Positions 42,651-52,250 are shown, numbered from the stretch's first letter. The stretch: 64,000 nt of DNA from an uncultured Candidatus Binatia bacterium (GCA_965213675.1 OZ243916.1:64001-128000), one strand, 5' to 3'. Notes: generated by a model from the letters alone, not told the origin. Made by a program: numbers and translations.

Positions 42651-44111
42651 TCACCCGAATACCCTGAAGTACATCTCGGCCAGGGACGGTTCCATGACCG
42701 CGGCGTCCTGCATTTCCTTGCGGATCGCGGACCGCAACGGGTCGTAGAGGCGGTTGACCTCCGCGATGACGGCGGTTTCGTCCATTTTCGTCAGTCGGCC
42801 GCCGTCCACCACCACTTCCCCATTCACCAGCACGGTGTCCACCGAGCTGCCGTTTTCGCAGAAAACGAGCTGCGTGACCACGTCGTTGAGCGGGGTGAAC
42901 GCGGGCGTGTCGCGTTTCAGGAGCACGATGTCGGCGAGGCGGCCGGGCTCGAGGCTGCCGCAGTCGAGGCCGAAGGCGCGGGCGCCCCAGCGGGTGGTCA
43001 TGGAAAGGGCCTGGCGCGCGGAGATCCAGTGGTTGAAGTCGTGGTCGCGGGTGTTGTGAATCAGCGCGGCCAGGCGCATGGCGTCGAACATGTTCTGGTT
43101 GTCGTTGGAGCAGGCGCCGTCGGCGCCCAGGGCCACGCGGCCGCCCGCGGCCAGGAAATCGGGGACGGGCGCCAGTCCGCTCCCCAGCCGCAGGTTGCTG
43201 GCGGGGTTGTGCACCGGCGTCGCGCCCCGCTCCACGATGATCTCCACGTCCTCCGGCTCGATCCACAGGGAGTGGGCGGTGGACAGGTTGGGTCTGACCA
43301 CGCCGAGGTCGTCCAGGTGCTTCAACAGCGTGGTGCCGTAGAGCCTCGGTCCCATGAGTGACTGGGACTTGGTCTCGGCGAGGTGGATGTGCAGCGGCAG
43401 GCCGCGTTTCTCCGAGATGGCGGCAACGCCCTGCAACAGTTCGTCGGTGCAGCGCTGGACCGCGGAGGGCCCCGGGCAGCAGGTGGTGAGCCGATCCGGG
43501 TCGTGCAGCTCGTCGATAAACGCCTCGATCTCGTCCAGCCAAGCCTGGGTGTCCTTGGTCTCGGCGCTGGTCATGCGGCTCACTTCGTCGCGGGCGTCTT
43601 TGTTGGGGGAGTCGATGGGGAGGGTGGACTCGTAAGCCCGGTCGCTGACGGTGAGGGGCACCACGTGACGCAAGCCGATGTCGCGCATGGCCCGGATCGC
43701 CGCGCCGGCGCCCGTGTAGCGGCTGTTCTGGTTGCCGAAGTAGTGGTCCACCATGGTGGTGCAGCCGGTCTTGAGCATCTCCATGCCCCCCAGCAGCGCG
43801 CTGGCGTGGAACACCTCGTCGTCGCAGGCGCGCAGCGCCGCGCGCCAGTAGGCGCGCCAGATCTCCAATGGACGCGCGGGCATGAGGCCGCGAAAGACGT
43901 TGGCCGGAGAGTGGCCGTGGGCATTGACAAGGCCGGGTATGGCGATGAAGCGTCTTCCATCGATGACGCGCTCGCCGCCGTCCCGGGGACAGCCGTCAAC
44001 CGGCCCCACGTACTCCAGGCGGTTGCCGTCGACGACCAGGACCCCGTCCTCGAGGACCTCGTCCCGGTCATTCATGGTCACGATCAACGCGTTTTCGATT
44101 CGCAGCTTCAT
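42651..44111 (-). CDS. Metal-dependent amidohydrolase (MTA/SAH- or guanine-deaminase-like), substrate unknown
   Basis: PGLVNAHGHS, HIHLAET, AHSLW, HNPASNLRLGSG and ALGADG. Confidence 0.85.
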   Translation of the reverse strand: MKLRIENALIVTMNDRDEVLEDGVLVVDGNRLEYVGPVDGCPRDGGERVIDGRRFIAIPGLVNAHGHSPANVFRGLMPARPLEIWRAYWRAALRACDDEVFHASALLGGMEMLKTGCTTMVDHYFGNQNSRYTGAGAAIRAMRDIGLRHVVPLTVSDRAYESTLPIDSPNKDARDEVSRMTSAETKDTQAWLDEIEAFIDELHDPDRLTTCCPGPSAVQRCTDELLQGVAAISEKRGLPLHIHLAETKSQSLMGPRLYGTTLLKHLDDLGVVRPNLSTAHSLWIEPEDVEIIVERGATPVHNPASNLRLGSGLAPVPDFLAAGGRVALGADGACSNDNQNMFDAMRLAALIHNTRDHDFNHWISARQALSMTTRWGARAFGLDCGSLEPGRLADIVLLKRDTPAFTPLNDVVTQLVFCENGSSVDTVLVNGEVVVDGGRLTKMDETAVIAEVNRLYDPLRSAIRKEMQDAAVMEPSLAEMYFRVFG

Positions 44112-44165
44112 GCTGCCCGCCTTTCCACGCTGCATTCGAGGGCCGTCACGCGTGTTGGCGCGACG

Positions 44166-44588
44166 CTACAGCAAGCCCAGAAGGAGAATGAGGACGCCCA
44201 GAATCACGTTGACAACGAGCAGGCGCGTCCAGGGGTCCCGTCCGTCCGGCGGATGGTCCAAGGACGGACGGTACCGGAACGCTTGCAGGATGTGGTTCAC
44301 GATCATTGCGGCCGCCAGCAGCGTCTTCATCACGAGTGTGAGCGAGCCGCCCGAGGCCGCGGTGGGGTATCCCGTCAGCCAGAGTCCACCGAGACCCGAC
44401 AGCACGGTCAACGGCGCGGCGACCGTGACGGCGGCGTTCAGGGCGCGCCCGGCTCGGCACAGTGTACGCGCGCGCTCGACCGCGGGCAGCGAGCGGCTGG
44501 AGGGCCAAAGAATACTCAGGAAGAGTACGTTGACGCCCAGCCAGGCGCTGAAAGACATCATGTGGAGCCAAGGCACGAGGATCTGCAC
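44166..44588 (-). CDS. Small 4-TM membrane protein (CopD-like)
   Basis: WLHMMSFSAWLG, LSGL, KTLL and four hydrophobic helices. Divergent from the cox operon. Confidence 0.6.
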   Translation of the reverse strand: MQILVPWLHMMSFSAWLGVNVLFLSILWPSSRSLPAVERARTLCRAGRALNAAVTVAAPLTVLSGLGGLWLTGYPTAASGGSLTLVMKTLLAAAMIVNHILQAFRYRPSLDHPPDGRDPWTRLLVVNVILGVLILLLGLL

Positions 44589-44902
44589 GTGTACTTCCTT
44601 TCGCCCTGATTGAACTCCTGGATTTCTGGAGGGTTATATCGGAGCAGACCGGTTGCCGCCACCTGCGCCGCGCTGTCTCCGGTACAACGCGTGTCGCTGC
44701 GACCCGCCGCCCTACCTATGGCGCGGTGCCCGTCCGACCGGATTTCCCTGCGGGCGCGCCGCCGTTTCGTACCGGAATGGGCGGCTTCCGCGGACACATT
44801 CCGCCGCCCCGTTGGGCTGACGACCCGTCCGTACCGCCTTGATACACTTGGGTTCTTGTGTTAGGCACAAAGCCATTCCAGGAGGAGGGCCTCGAACTTG
44901 CC

Positions 44903-45562
44903 ATGATGAGCTGGTTGCCAGAGAACGTGTCCACCTACGGGGGTCAGATCGACTACCTGTTCTACCTCATCTACTACATCACCGCCGCGGCGCTGATCCT
45001 TGTGACGGTTCTGATGGTGGCCTTCCTCATCATGTACCGTCAGAGGGAAGGACGGAAGGCGGTGTACACGCATGGCAACACCGCGCTGGAGGTCACCTGG
45101 ACGGTGATCCCCACCTTGATCCTCATCATGCTCTCCTTCATGAGCATCTCCACTTGGGGAGAAATCAAGATATACGCCCCGCCCGCCGAGTATGAGGTGA
45201 GAGTCGTCGGCAAGCAGTTCAACTGGGACGTGTTTCATCCCGGGCCGGATGGCAAGCTGGACACCGAGGACGACATCAAGGTCGAAAACGAAGTGCATGT
45301 CCCCGTGGACAAGGTCGTGCACGTCCAGCTCCAGGCTGCGGACGTCATACACAGCTTCTTCGTGCCCAGCTTCCGGGTGAAGCAGGACGCCGTCCCCGGA
45401 CGGAACATTCTCGTATGGTTCGAGGTGACCAAGCCCGGGGTTTACGAGCTCCCGTGCGCGGAGTTGTGCGGCTTCGGGCACTCGGGCATGCTCGGTTGGG
45501 TGATGGTTCACACGCCGGAAGATTTCGAGAAATTCCTCAAAGAAAACCAGAATCAAGGCTGA
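44903..45562 (+). CDS. coxB: Cytochrome c oxidase subunit II
   Basis: Two TMs, DVIHSF and the CuA motif CAELCGFGHSGM. Confidence 0.95.
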   Translation: MMSWLPENVSTYGGQIDYLFYLIYYITAAALILVTVLMVAFLIMYRQREGRKAVYTHGNTALEVTWTVIPTLILIMLSFMSISTWGEIKIYAPPAEYEVRVVGKQFNWDVFHPGPDGKLDTEDDIKVENEVHVPVDKVVHVQLQAADVIHSFFVPSFRVKQDAVPGRNILVWFEVTKPGVYELPCAELCGFGHSGMLGWVMVHTPEDFEKFLKENQNQG

Positions 45563-45631
45563 CCCCGCCCACCCGCGGACGCAGGCTTCCGGCCGGAGCG
45601 CGTTCTTGACGGCGGAGGAGGAACAACAAGG

Positions 45632-47371
45632 ATGAGCGAAGCAGCGGCATCGGCACATGCCGATCACGGAGCCCATGAGCCGGCGGGCTTCTGGTCACAC
45701 TACGTCTTTTCGACCGACCACAAGATGATCGGACGGCAGTTCCTGTTCCTGGGACTGTTCATGCTGATCATTGGCGGGTTCCTCGCCATGCTGATCCGCT
45801 GGCAGCTCGCATGGCCCGAGACCGAGGTGCCCGGCTTGGGCTGGGTGCCGGAGCCCACCATGTACGAGGGGATCATTCCGCCGAGCACCTACAATATGCT
45901 GTTCACCATGCACGCCACCATCATGATCTTTTTCGTGGTGATGCCGATCATGGTGGGCGGCTTCGGCAACTTCCTCATCCCCATCATGATCGGCGCCAAG
46001 GACATGGCTTTCCCACTGCTCAACCTGCTGTCCTTCTGGGTGGGCGCGGTGTCCGGCGTGATCATGCTGGCGAGCTTCTTCGTGGTCGGGGGCGCCGCGT
46101 CCGGCGGCTGGACCTCCTACACGCCGCTCTCCGGCGATGCGGTCTTCACCGGGGTCAACTGGGGCATCAATCTGTGGGTGTTGAGCCTTTTCGTGCTGGC
46201 CTTCTCGTCGCTGATGGGTTCCATCAACTACATCACCACCATCGTCAACATGAGGGCTCCGGGCATGACCTACTTCCGCATGCCGCTGTCCCTCTGGTCC
46301 CTGTTCATCACCGCGATCCTGCTGCTGCTGGCGCTGCCGGTGCTCACCGCGGCCCTGGGCATGCTCTTCTTCGATCGGGTTTTCGCCACCAACTTCTTTC
46401 TGCCCGCGGGCGGAATGCCGCTGCTGTGGCAGCATCTGTTCTGGTTCTTCGGCCATCCCGAGGTCTACATCCTTGTGCTCCCCGCCATGGGCGTAACCTC
46501 CGACATCCTGTCCGTGTTCTCGCGCAAGCCGATCTTCGGCTACCGGGCCATGGCCTACTCCATGATCGCCATCGCCTTCCTCTCCTGGATCGTCTGGGGT
46601 CACCACATGTTCATCAGCGGCATGAACCCGCTATTGGGAACGGCGTTCATGCTCACCACCATGGTGATCGCGGTGCCGTCGGCCATCAAGACCTTCAACT
46701 GGCTGGGAACGCTCTGGGGCGGCTCCATCCGTTTCACCGTGCCGTTGCTCTTCGCCATCGGCTTCGTCTCCAATTTCGTCATCGGCGGCCTGAGCGGCAT
46801 CTTCATGGCGTCGACGCCGGTGGACATCTTCATTCACGACACCTACTTCATCGTCGCGCACTTCCACTACGTGGTGGCCGGCATCATCTTCGCCATGTTT
46901 GCCGCCATCTACTTCTGGTACCCCAAGATGTTCGGGCGCATGACCAGCCACACTTGGGGCGTGGTGCACTTTATCGGCACCTACGTGTTCTTCAACCTGA
47001 CCTTCTTTCCCATGCACTTCCTGGGCGTGGGCGGCCACATTCGCCGGATCTACAATCCCATGCAGTACGAGTACCTGGAGCAGTTCGGCGACATGAACGT
47101 GTTCATCACCATCAGCGCGTTCTGCCTCGCGCTCTCCCAGATCCCGTTCGTGGTCAACTTCGTGTGGAGCCTGTTCGCCGGCGAGAAGGCGTCCGAGAAC
47201 CCTTGGGAAGCCAACACGTTGGAGTGGATCGCGCCCTCGCCGCCGCCACACGGCAATTTCGTGACGACGCCGCAGGTCTACCGCGGCCCGTACGAGTACA
47301 GCTCTCCGCTGGTCGAGAAGGACTGGCTGCCCCAGAGCGAACCGCTGGGCGCCGCCGCAACGGGTCATTGA
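45632..47371 (+). CDS. coxA: Cytochrome c oxidase subunit I (A1 type)
   Basis: TDHKMIG, WFFGHPEVY, VWGHHM and HDTYFIVAHFHY. Confidence 0.97.
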   Translation: MSEAAASAHADHGAHEPAGFWSHYVFSTDHKMIGRQFLFLGLFMLIIGGFLAMLIRWQLAWPETEVPGLGWVPEPTMYEGIIPPSTYNMLFTMHATIMIFFVVMPIMVGGFGNFLIPIMIGAKDMAFPLLNLLSFWVGAVSGVIMLASFFVVGGAASGGWTSYTPLSGDAVFTGVNWGINLWVLSLFVLAFSSLMGSINYITTIVNMRAPGMTYFRMPLSLWSLFITAILLLLALPVLTAALGMLFFDRVFATNFFLPAGGMPLLWQHLFWFFGHPEVYILVLPAMGVTSDILSVFSRKPIFGYRAMAYSMIAIAFLSWIVWGHHMFISGMNPLLGTAFMLTTMVIAVPSAIKTFNWLGTLWGGSIRFTVPLLFAIGFVSNFVIGGLSGIFMASTPVDIFIHDTYFIVAHFHYVVAGIIFAMFAAIYFWYPKMFGRMTSHTWGVVHFIGTYVFFNLTFFPMHFLGVGGHIRRIYNPMQYEYLEQFGDMNVFITISAFCLALSQIPFVVNFVWSLFAGEKASENPWEANTLEWIAPSPPPHGNFVTTPQVYRGPYEYSSPLVEKDWLPQSEPLGAAATGH

Positions 47372-47387
47372 GGAGCGGTACGGCGAA

Positions 47388-48380
47388 ATGGCCAACGCCT
47401 GGCTCCATCGGTTGGCGCTGACCACCGCGGGGTCCACCCTGTTCCTCCTGTTCGTCGGCGCGCTGGTGACGAGCAAGGGCGCGGGGCTCGCGGTTCCCGA
47501 CTGGCCCACGACCTTTGGCCACAATATGTTCCTGTTCCCCTGGACGCGGATGGTGGACGGCGTGTTCTACGAGCACAGCCACCGGCTGGTGGCTTCCGGC
47601 GTCGGTTTCCTCACCTTGGTGCTGGCGGCATGCCTCTGGCTCAGGGAACCGCGGGCGTGGGTGCGCCGGCTCGGCATGGCGGCGCTCGTGCTGGTGATCG
47701 TGCAGGGGATCATCGGTGGCCTGCGCGTGGTTTGGCTGGAGCAGGATTTCGCCATCATTCACGCCGGTTTGGCACAGGCATTCTTCGCCTTGATGGTTGC
47801 GATGGCGCTTTTCACCTCGCGCGCGTGGCAAGAGGCGCAGCCGGTGATGCGGTTCTCTTCGGTGGCGCCAGGAGAACCCGCAGATCCGGTCGTGAACTCC
47901 GAAGAGCCGGTACGGGAGGCGCCGGCGGGCGAATGGATGCTGTTCCGAAGGCTCTGCCTCGTGGCTACGCTTCTGATATATGCACAAAGCCTGCTGGGAG
48001 CGGTCATTCGTCACACCGGTACCGGCGTCGTCCCGCACGTGCTCATGGCGCTGCTGGTGACGCTCATGGTCGGCGGACTGGTCATCAAGGCGCTTCATCT
48101 CGGTGAAGAGGCGCCGGTGTTCCGTTCGCTCGCGCTGTTCCTGGGGGTTCTCCTCCTGTTGCAGCTCGGCTTGGGAACGGCCTCCTACGCCGCGCGTTTC
48201 CTGGCCATCGGCGCGGCTTGGCAACCGGGCCTCACGGTTGCCGTGACCACCGGTCACGTGGTGACCGGTGCGCTGATGCTGGCCGTGGGCGTGGCGATGA
48301 CCCTCTGGTCGTTTCGCCATCTCGGCGCGAACCCGCTTCCGGCCATGGACGGGGTGGTCTCCGATAGGGTGCCCGCGTGA
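47388..48380 (+). CDS. ctaA: Heme A synthase (COX15/CtaA family)
   Basis: GLAVPDWP, EHSHR, QGIIGG, conserved His residues and 8 TMs. Confidence 0.88.
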   Translation: MANAWLHRLALTTAGSTLFLLFVGALVTSKGAGLAVPDWPTTFGHNMFLFPWTRMVDGVFYEHSHRLVASGVGFLTLVLAACLWLREPRAWVRRLGMAALVLVIVQGIIGGLRVVWLEQDFAIIHAGLAQAFFALMVAMALFTSRAWQEAQPVMRFSSVAPGEPADPVVNSEEPVREAPAGEWMLFRRLCLVATLLIYAQSLLGAVIRHTGTGVVPHVLMALLVTLMVGGLVIKALHLGEEAPVFRSLALFLGVLLLLQLGLGTASYAARFLAIGAAWQPGLTVAVTTGHVVTGALMLAVGVAMTLWSFRHLGANPLPAMDGVVSDRVPA

Positions 48381-49279
48381 CTCTGCGAACGGAAACATAC
48401 GTGGTCGGGCAGTCCTGTGCCCGCCGGTTGCTCGACTACCTGGAGCTCACCAAGCCGCGGCTCGTACTGATGGTCCTGATGACCACGCTGGTGGGTTTCT
48501 ACATGGGCTCGGAGGTGGTGCCGGACTATCTGGCGCTGCTTCACACGGTGCTCGGGACAGCGCTGGCTGCGGGCGGCACGCTGGCGCTGAACCAGTCGCT
48601 GGAAGGCGATATCGACGCTGCCATGGACCGCACCCGGCACCGGCCGATTCCCGAGGGCCGCGTTCAGCCGGTGGAGTGCGTTCTTTTTGGAAGCGTCCTG
48701 GTGGCTGCGGGACTGCTGCTGCTGATGGTAGCGGTAAACGTGCTCAGCGCGCTGCTCACCGCTATCATCTCCGTCACCTACCTGTTCCTGTATACGCCCT
48801 TCAAGCGAAAGTCGTCGGTGTGCAGCCTTATCGGCGCCGTCCCCGGGGCGTTGCCGCCGGTGGTGGGATGGACCGCCGCCCAGGACACTCTCGGCCTGGA
48901 GGCGGCGATCCTGTTCGGGGTGCTCTACCTTTGGCAGATCCCCCACAACCTCGCCATCGCGCGGCTCTATCGGGAAGACTTCCTGCGCGCCGGTATCCGC
49001 TTCCTTCCGGTCCTGGATGTGGAGGGCAGAAGCACGGGCCGGCAGGCGGTCAGTCACTGTCTGGCATTGCTGGTGGTAAGCCTGATGCCGACGCTGACCG
49101 GATTCGCCGGAGCGATCTACTACTTCGCGGCCATGGCACTGGGAGCGGGTTTTCTCATTTACGCCATCCGGCTCGCGGCGTTGCGGTCGGTGACCAGCGC
49201 GCGGCACTTGCTGTTCGCGTCATTGTTTTACTTGCCGCTGCTCTTCGTCGCCCTGGCTCTGGACAGAATACCGGTCTGA
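48377..49279 (+). CDS. ctaB: Heme O synthase (protoheme IX farnesyltransferase)
   Basis: LTKPRL, DIDAAMDRTRHRPIP and LWQIPH. Confidence 0.95.
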   Translation: MTLRTETYVVGQSCARRLLDYLELTKPRLVLMVLMTTLVGFYMGSEVVPDYLALLHTVLGTALAAGGTLALNQSLEGDIDAAMDRTRHRPIPEGRVQPVECVLFGSVLVAAGLLLLMVAVNVLSALLTAIISVTYLFLYTPFKRKSSVCSLIGAVPGALPPVVGWTAAQDTLGLEAAILFGVLYLWQIPHNLAIARLYREDFLRAGIRFLPVLDVEGRSTGRQAVSHCLALLVVSLMPTLTGFAGAIYYFAAMALGAGFLIYAIRLAALRSVTSARHLLFASLFYLPLLFVALALDRIPV

Positions 49280-49280
49280 T

Positions 49281-49391
49281 ATGGATTCCACTGCCGGCAC
49301 TCGCAATCGCACCAGGCGCCTCGGTTTCGTGATCGGAGCCGTCGTGGTTGGTTATATCCTGGCGACCGTCGTCTTTCTGGTGGTGTATTAG
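49281..49391 (+). CDS. 36-aa single-TM protein in the cox operon (CoxF-like; not in the ORF track)
   Basis: MDSTAGTRNRTRRLGFVIGAVVVGYILATVVFLVVY*, starting 1 nt after the ctaB stop. Basic patch followed by a TM helix. Confidence 0.6.
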   Translation: MDSTAGTRNRTRRLGFVIGAVVVGYILATVVFLVVY

Positions 49392-49540
49392 TGTTGTGTG
49401 TCACGGACAGGTTCGCAAACATCCGCAGGAATTTCTGTCGTCGGCCAGCGATGAACTACAGGGGCGGCCGGCGGTCGCCGGATGTGTCGGGCACTACGCG
49501 AGAAAGAGCTACGCAGCCGACGGCGAAGAGGACGAGCATC

Positions 49541-49560
49541 TTTGTAAACGTATTCACGAA
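49541..49560. promoter_or_regulatory. Candidate Rex-type operator
   Basis: TTTGTAAA-CGTA-TTCACGAA versus the Rex consensus TTGTGAA-N4-TTCACAA. Confidence 0.4.
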
Positions 49561-49641
49561 ACGCAACACGAGTGTACGTCGGATTACGGTTACGCTCATT
49601 CAAAGGCGCGTCTGCGGCTCGAATCATTGTCGGATACGCTG

Positions 49642-50298
49642 ATGGCAAGGGATGCGGCAGTGAGGATGCCGGCAGGGGATGTGGCGGATGTCCTGTCCCC
49701 GGTGTCCGCCTTTGGCGAGGGGCCTCCACCACCGTCCCGGCCGGAGCCGGTGATCAGCAACGCGCGCCTTGGCCTGATGATGTTCATCGGCGCGGAGGTG
49801 ATGTTCTTCGCCGGGCTCATCGGTGCGTTTCTGATCTTGCGATTGAGCAGCGAAGTGTGGCCGCCGGCCGGACAGCCTCGGCTCCCGGTCTGGATCACCG
49901 GATTCAACACTCTGGTGTTGCTCGCCAGCGGCGTGTCCATGCACCGGGCCGGGCTGGCCGCAACCGCCCGCGAGCAGGTCCGCCTGTCCGGCTGGCTGCT
50001 TGTCACCGCCGTGCTCGGGGCCGTGTTCCTGACCATCCAGGGATACGAATGGGTGCGTTTGATTGGATTTGGATTGACCATGCGCAGCGGGCTTTATGGT
50101 TCCACCTTCTACGCACTCATCGGACTCCACGGACTGCACGTCCTCGGAGCGCTGGTGTGGGTGGGGGTGGTCTGGATGCTGGCACGGCGTGGGCGTTTCA
50201 CCGCAGGACACACCGCCGGGGTGGAAACGTGCAAGATGTACTGGCTGTTCGTGGTGGCCCTGTGGCCGGTACTGTACGGCCTCGTATACCTCTATTAG
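49642..50298 (+). CDS. Cytochrome c oxidase subunit III-like (first copy)
   Basis: FIGAEVMFFAGL, FYALIGLHGLHV and YWLFV. Confidence 0.88.
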   Translation: MARDAAVRMPAGDVADVLSPVSAFGEGPPPPSRPEPVISNARLGLMMFIGAEVMFFAGLIGAFLILRLSSEVWPPAGQPRLPVWITGFNTLVLLASGVSMHRAGLAATAREQVRLSGWLLVTAVLGAVFLTIQGYEWVRLIGFGLTMRSGLYGSTFYALIGLHGLHVLGALVWVGVVWMLARRGRFTAGHTAGVETCKMYWLFVVALWPVLYGLVYLY

Positions 50299-50308
50299 CG
50301 GTTCGTCC

Positions 50309-50485
50309 ATGGAAACCGAACGCATCGCCGAGGCCTTCAACTGGACCGTTGTGTTCCTCATGGCCATGCCCTACCTCACCCTGGCCGGTTGCCTGGGCTG
50401 GATTTTCTATCGCCGCACACGCGCACAGAAGCCGCTCGAGGATCGGCGAGCCCGGTTTCACATCGTCAGAAAAGGAGAATGCTAG
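50309..50485 (+). CDS. Small single-TM protein in the cox operon (58 aa)
   Basis: METERIAEAFNWTVVFLMAMPYLTLAGCLGWIFYRR..., filling the gap between the two subunit III genes. Its stop abuts the next ATG. Confidence 0.6.
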   Translation: METERIAEAFNWTVVFLMAMPYLTLAGCLGWIFYRRTRAQKPLEDRRARFHIVRKGEC

Positions 50486-51097
50486 ATGAGTCAGGCAGCG
50501 ACGCTACATCGAGACCCTGCAGAGACTCCGCTTACCCCGGAAAGCTGGGGCAAGCTGGGCATGTGGATCTTCCTCTGCGGCGACGCGATGACCTTCGGGA
50601 CCCTCATCGTGACCTTCGGCATCATGCGCATGGCCGCGGACAACTGGCCGGTGCCGGCGGAAGTGCTGGGCATCAACCTGACCGCCGCCATGACGTTCCT
50701 GCTGATTTGCAGCAGCGTCACCATGGTGCTGTCCCTGTCCGGCATCAAGCGCGGCGACATGCAGGAGTTCCGAAAGTACATGCTGCTCACCGTTCTCGGC
50801 GGCACGGCTTTCCTCCTGTTGCAGGCCTACGAATGGAACCATCTCATCCACGCGGGCGTGACCATCACAGAGAACAAGTACGGTTCGCCGGTGTTCGGCG
50901 ACACCTTCTACATCATGACCGGATTCCACGGCATGCACGTTTTCGGTGGCGTCGTCTATCTCGCGGTCATCCTGGTAGGCGGCATGACCGGCCGCATCCA
51001 TCCAGGCAATGCGTCGGTGGTGGAGATCGCCGGCCTCTACTGGCACTTCGTCGACCTCGTTTGGATTTTGATCTTTACCTTCGTCTACCTCTTGTAG
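50486..51097 (+). CDS. Cytochrome c oxidase subunit III-like (second copy)
   Basis: KLGMWIFL, TGFHGMHV and GLYWHFVDLVWI. Confidence 0.9.
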   Translation: MSQAATLHRDPAETPLTPESWGKLGMWIFLCGDAMTFGTLIVTFGIMRMAADNWPVPAEVLGINLTAAMTFLLICSSVTMVLSLSGIKRGDMQEFRKYMLLTVLGGTAFLLLQAYEWNHLIHAGVTITENKYGSPVFGDTFYIMTGFHGMHVFGGVVYLAVILVGGMTGRIHPGNASVVEIAGLYWHFVDLVWILIFTFVYLL

Positions 51098-51114
51098 GAT
51101 ACGGGAGACCCTCC

Positions 51115-51399
51115 ATGGCAGATACGACAGCCCACGAAGCGCACGCAGAGCCCAACTACCTCGCCGTATTCGGCTGGTTGTTCATCCTCACGGTCGTCGA
51201 GGTAGGGATCATCTTCGTGCCGATCCCGAAGCTCATGATCGCGGCTGCGCTGGTGATTCTGGCGGTAGTCAAGGCATCGCTGGTGGCCATCTACTTCATG
51301 CATCTCAAGTTCGAGAAGGTGGTGATCTGGTGGATCGCGGTGATCCCGGCGATACTCTGCATTTTCCTGATCTTCATGCTGATTCCAGAGCTTGCCTGA
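51115..51399 (+). CDS. Cytochrome c oxidase subunit IV family protein
   Basis: LTVVE, KASLVAIYFMHLKFE and 3 TMs. Confidence 0.88.
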   Translation: MADTTAHEAHAEPNYLAVFGWLFILTVVEVGIIFVPIPKLMIAAALVILAVVKASLVAIYFMHLKFEKVVIWWIAVIPAILCIFLIFMLIPELA

Positions 51400-51401
51400 C
51401 C

Positions 51402-51566
51402 CAGGAGCCTGTGGAGTCTGTCAAGCTCCTGGTGCGAGGCGGGAAATGGGTCCGTTCCCGGTTGGATTTTCGTCCAATATGACCGATATTATCCTCCAAT
51501 CCGCCCGAAGCCGGGCTCAATTTCTCTGCCTCTCGTTACGGTTCGATAAACCCGAAAGGCGCCCAG
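51402..51566. mobile_element. Degenerate copy of the MITE-like element at 23088-23302
   Basis: Shares the blocks CAGGAGCCTGT, GGGTCCGTTCCCGGTTGGATTTTCGTCCAATA and TCTCGTTACGGTTCGATAAACCCG with that element, with a few substitutions. Confidence 0.65.
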
Positions 51567-51645
51567 GGCAGCGAGCCGAGATGCGAGACTCCTCAGACAC
51601 CACACTAGCACCGGCTTTCATGACCACTCGCTTCGTGCGCCGACG

Positions 51646-52158
51646 ATGTTTCCATTGATCCCGATTGCCTCGCTGCCCCACCTGAACGCTCTGCTCAACG
51701 CGGCCAGCGCCCTCTTGTTGCTGGCCGGCTACTACTTCATCCGGCAACGCCGCGTCACTGCGCACCGGCGCTGCATGGTGGCGGCACTGGGTAGTTCCGG
51801 CCTCTTCCTGGTTTCGTACCTGATCTACCATTTCAGCGTCGGATCCGTCCGTTTCCAGGGCACAGGCTGGATCCGTCCGGTGTACTTCGCCGTGCTCGTA
51901 TCCCATACCGTACTCGCCACCGCCATCGTGCCCCTGGTCCTGCTCACGGTGGTGCGCGCCCTGCGCCAACGATTCGACAAGCATCGCGCCATCGCGCGCT
52001 GGACCCTGCCGCTTTGGCTCTACGTGTCCGCCACCGGCGTGGTGGTGTACTGGATGCTGTACCAGATGGGATTCCAGGAGTCTGTCGGATTGGATTTCAC
52101 TTCCTTCGACTTCGCTACGCTCAGGACCGGCCAGGAGCGTGCACCGCAAGAATTGTGA
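51646..52158 (+). CDS. DUF420 family membrane protein (cox-associated), C-terminus extended into a repeat
   Basis: LNALLN, AHRRCM, FLVSYLIYH and PLWLYVSATGVVVYWMLY. Confidence 0.88.
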   Translation: MFPLIPIASLPHLNALLNAASALLLLAGYYFIRQRRVTAHRRCMVAALGSSGLFLVSYLIYHFSVGSVRFQGTGWIRPVYFAVLVSHTVLATAIVPLVLLTVVRALRQRFDKHRAIARWTLPLWLYVSATGVVVYWMLYQMGFQESVGLDFTSFDFATLRTGQERAPQEL

Positions 52159-52250
52159 CCGGACGACCTCCCGCAGGGGCGACCGGCCGGTGGCCCCTAC
52201 CCTGGACCCAATCCCCTGGAGCCTGTGGGGTCTTTCAGGCCAGGCTCCTG
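52075..52250. repeat. Composite repeat: MITE-type ends enclosing a GTCCTGAGC-family repeat and a REP-like palindrome
   Basis: CAGGAGTCTGTCGGA at 52075, TCCTTCGACTTCGCTACGCTCAGGAC at 52102, GCAGGGGCGACCGGCCGGTGGCCCCTAC at 52173-52200 and CAGGCTCCTG at 52241-52250. Confidence 0.6.

Noticed and set aside
49348-49641. N-terminal extension of the subunit III ORF
   Set aside because: Non-homologous composition, and it overlaps the 36-aa ORF and the candidate regulatory region.
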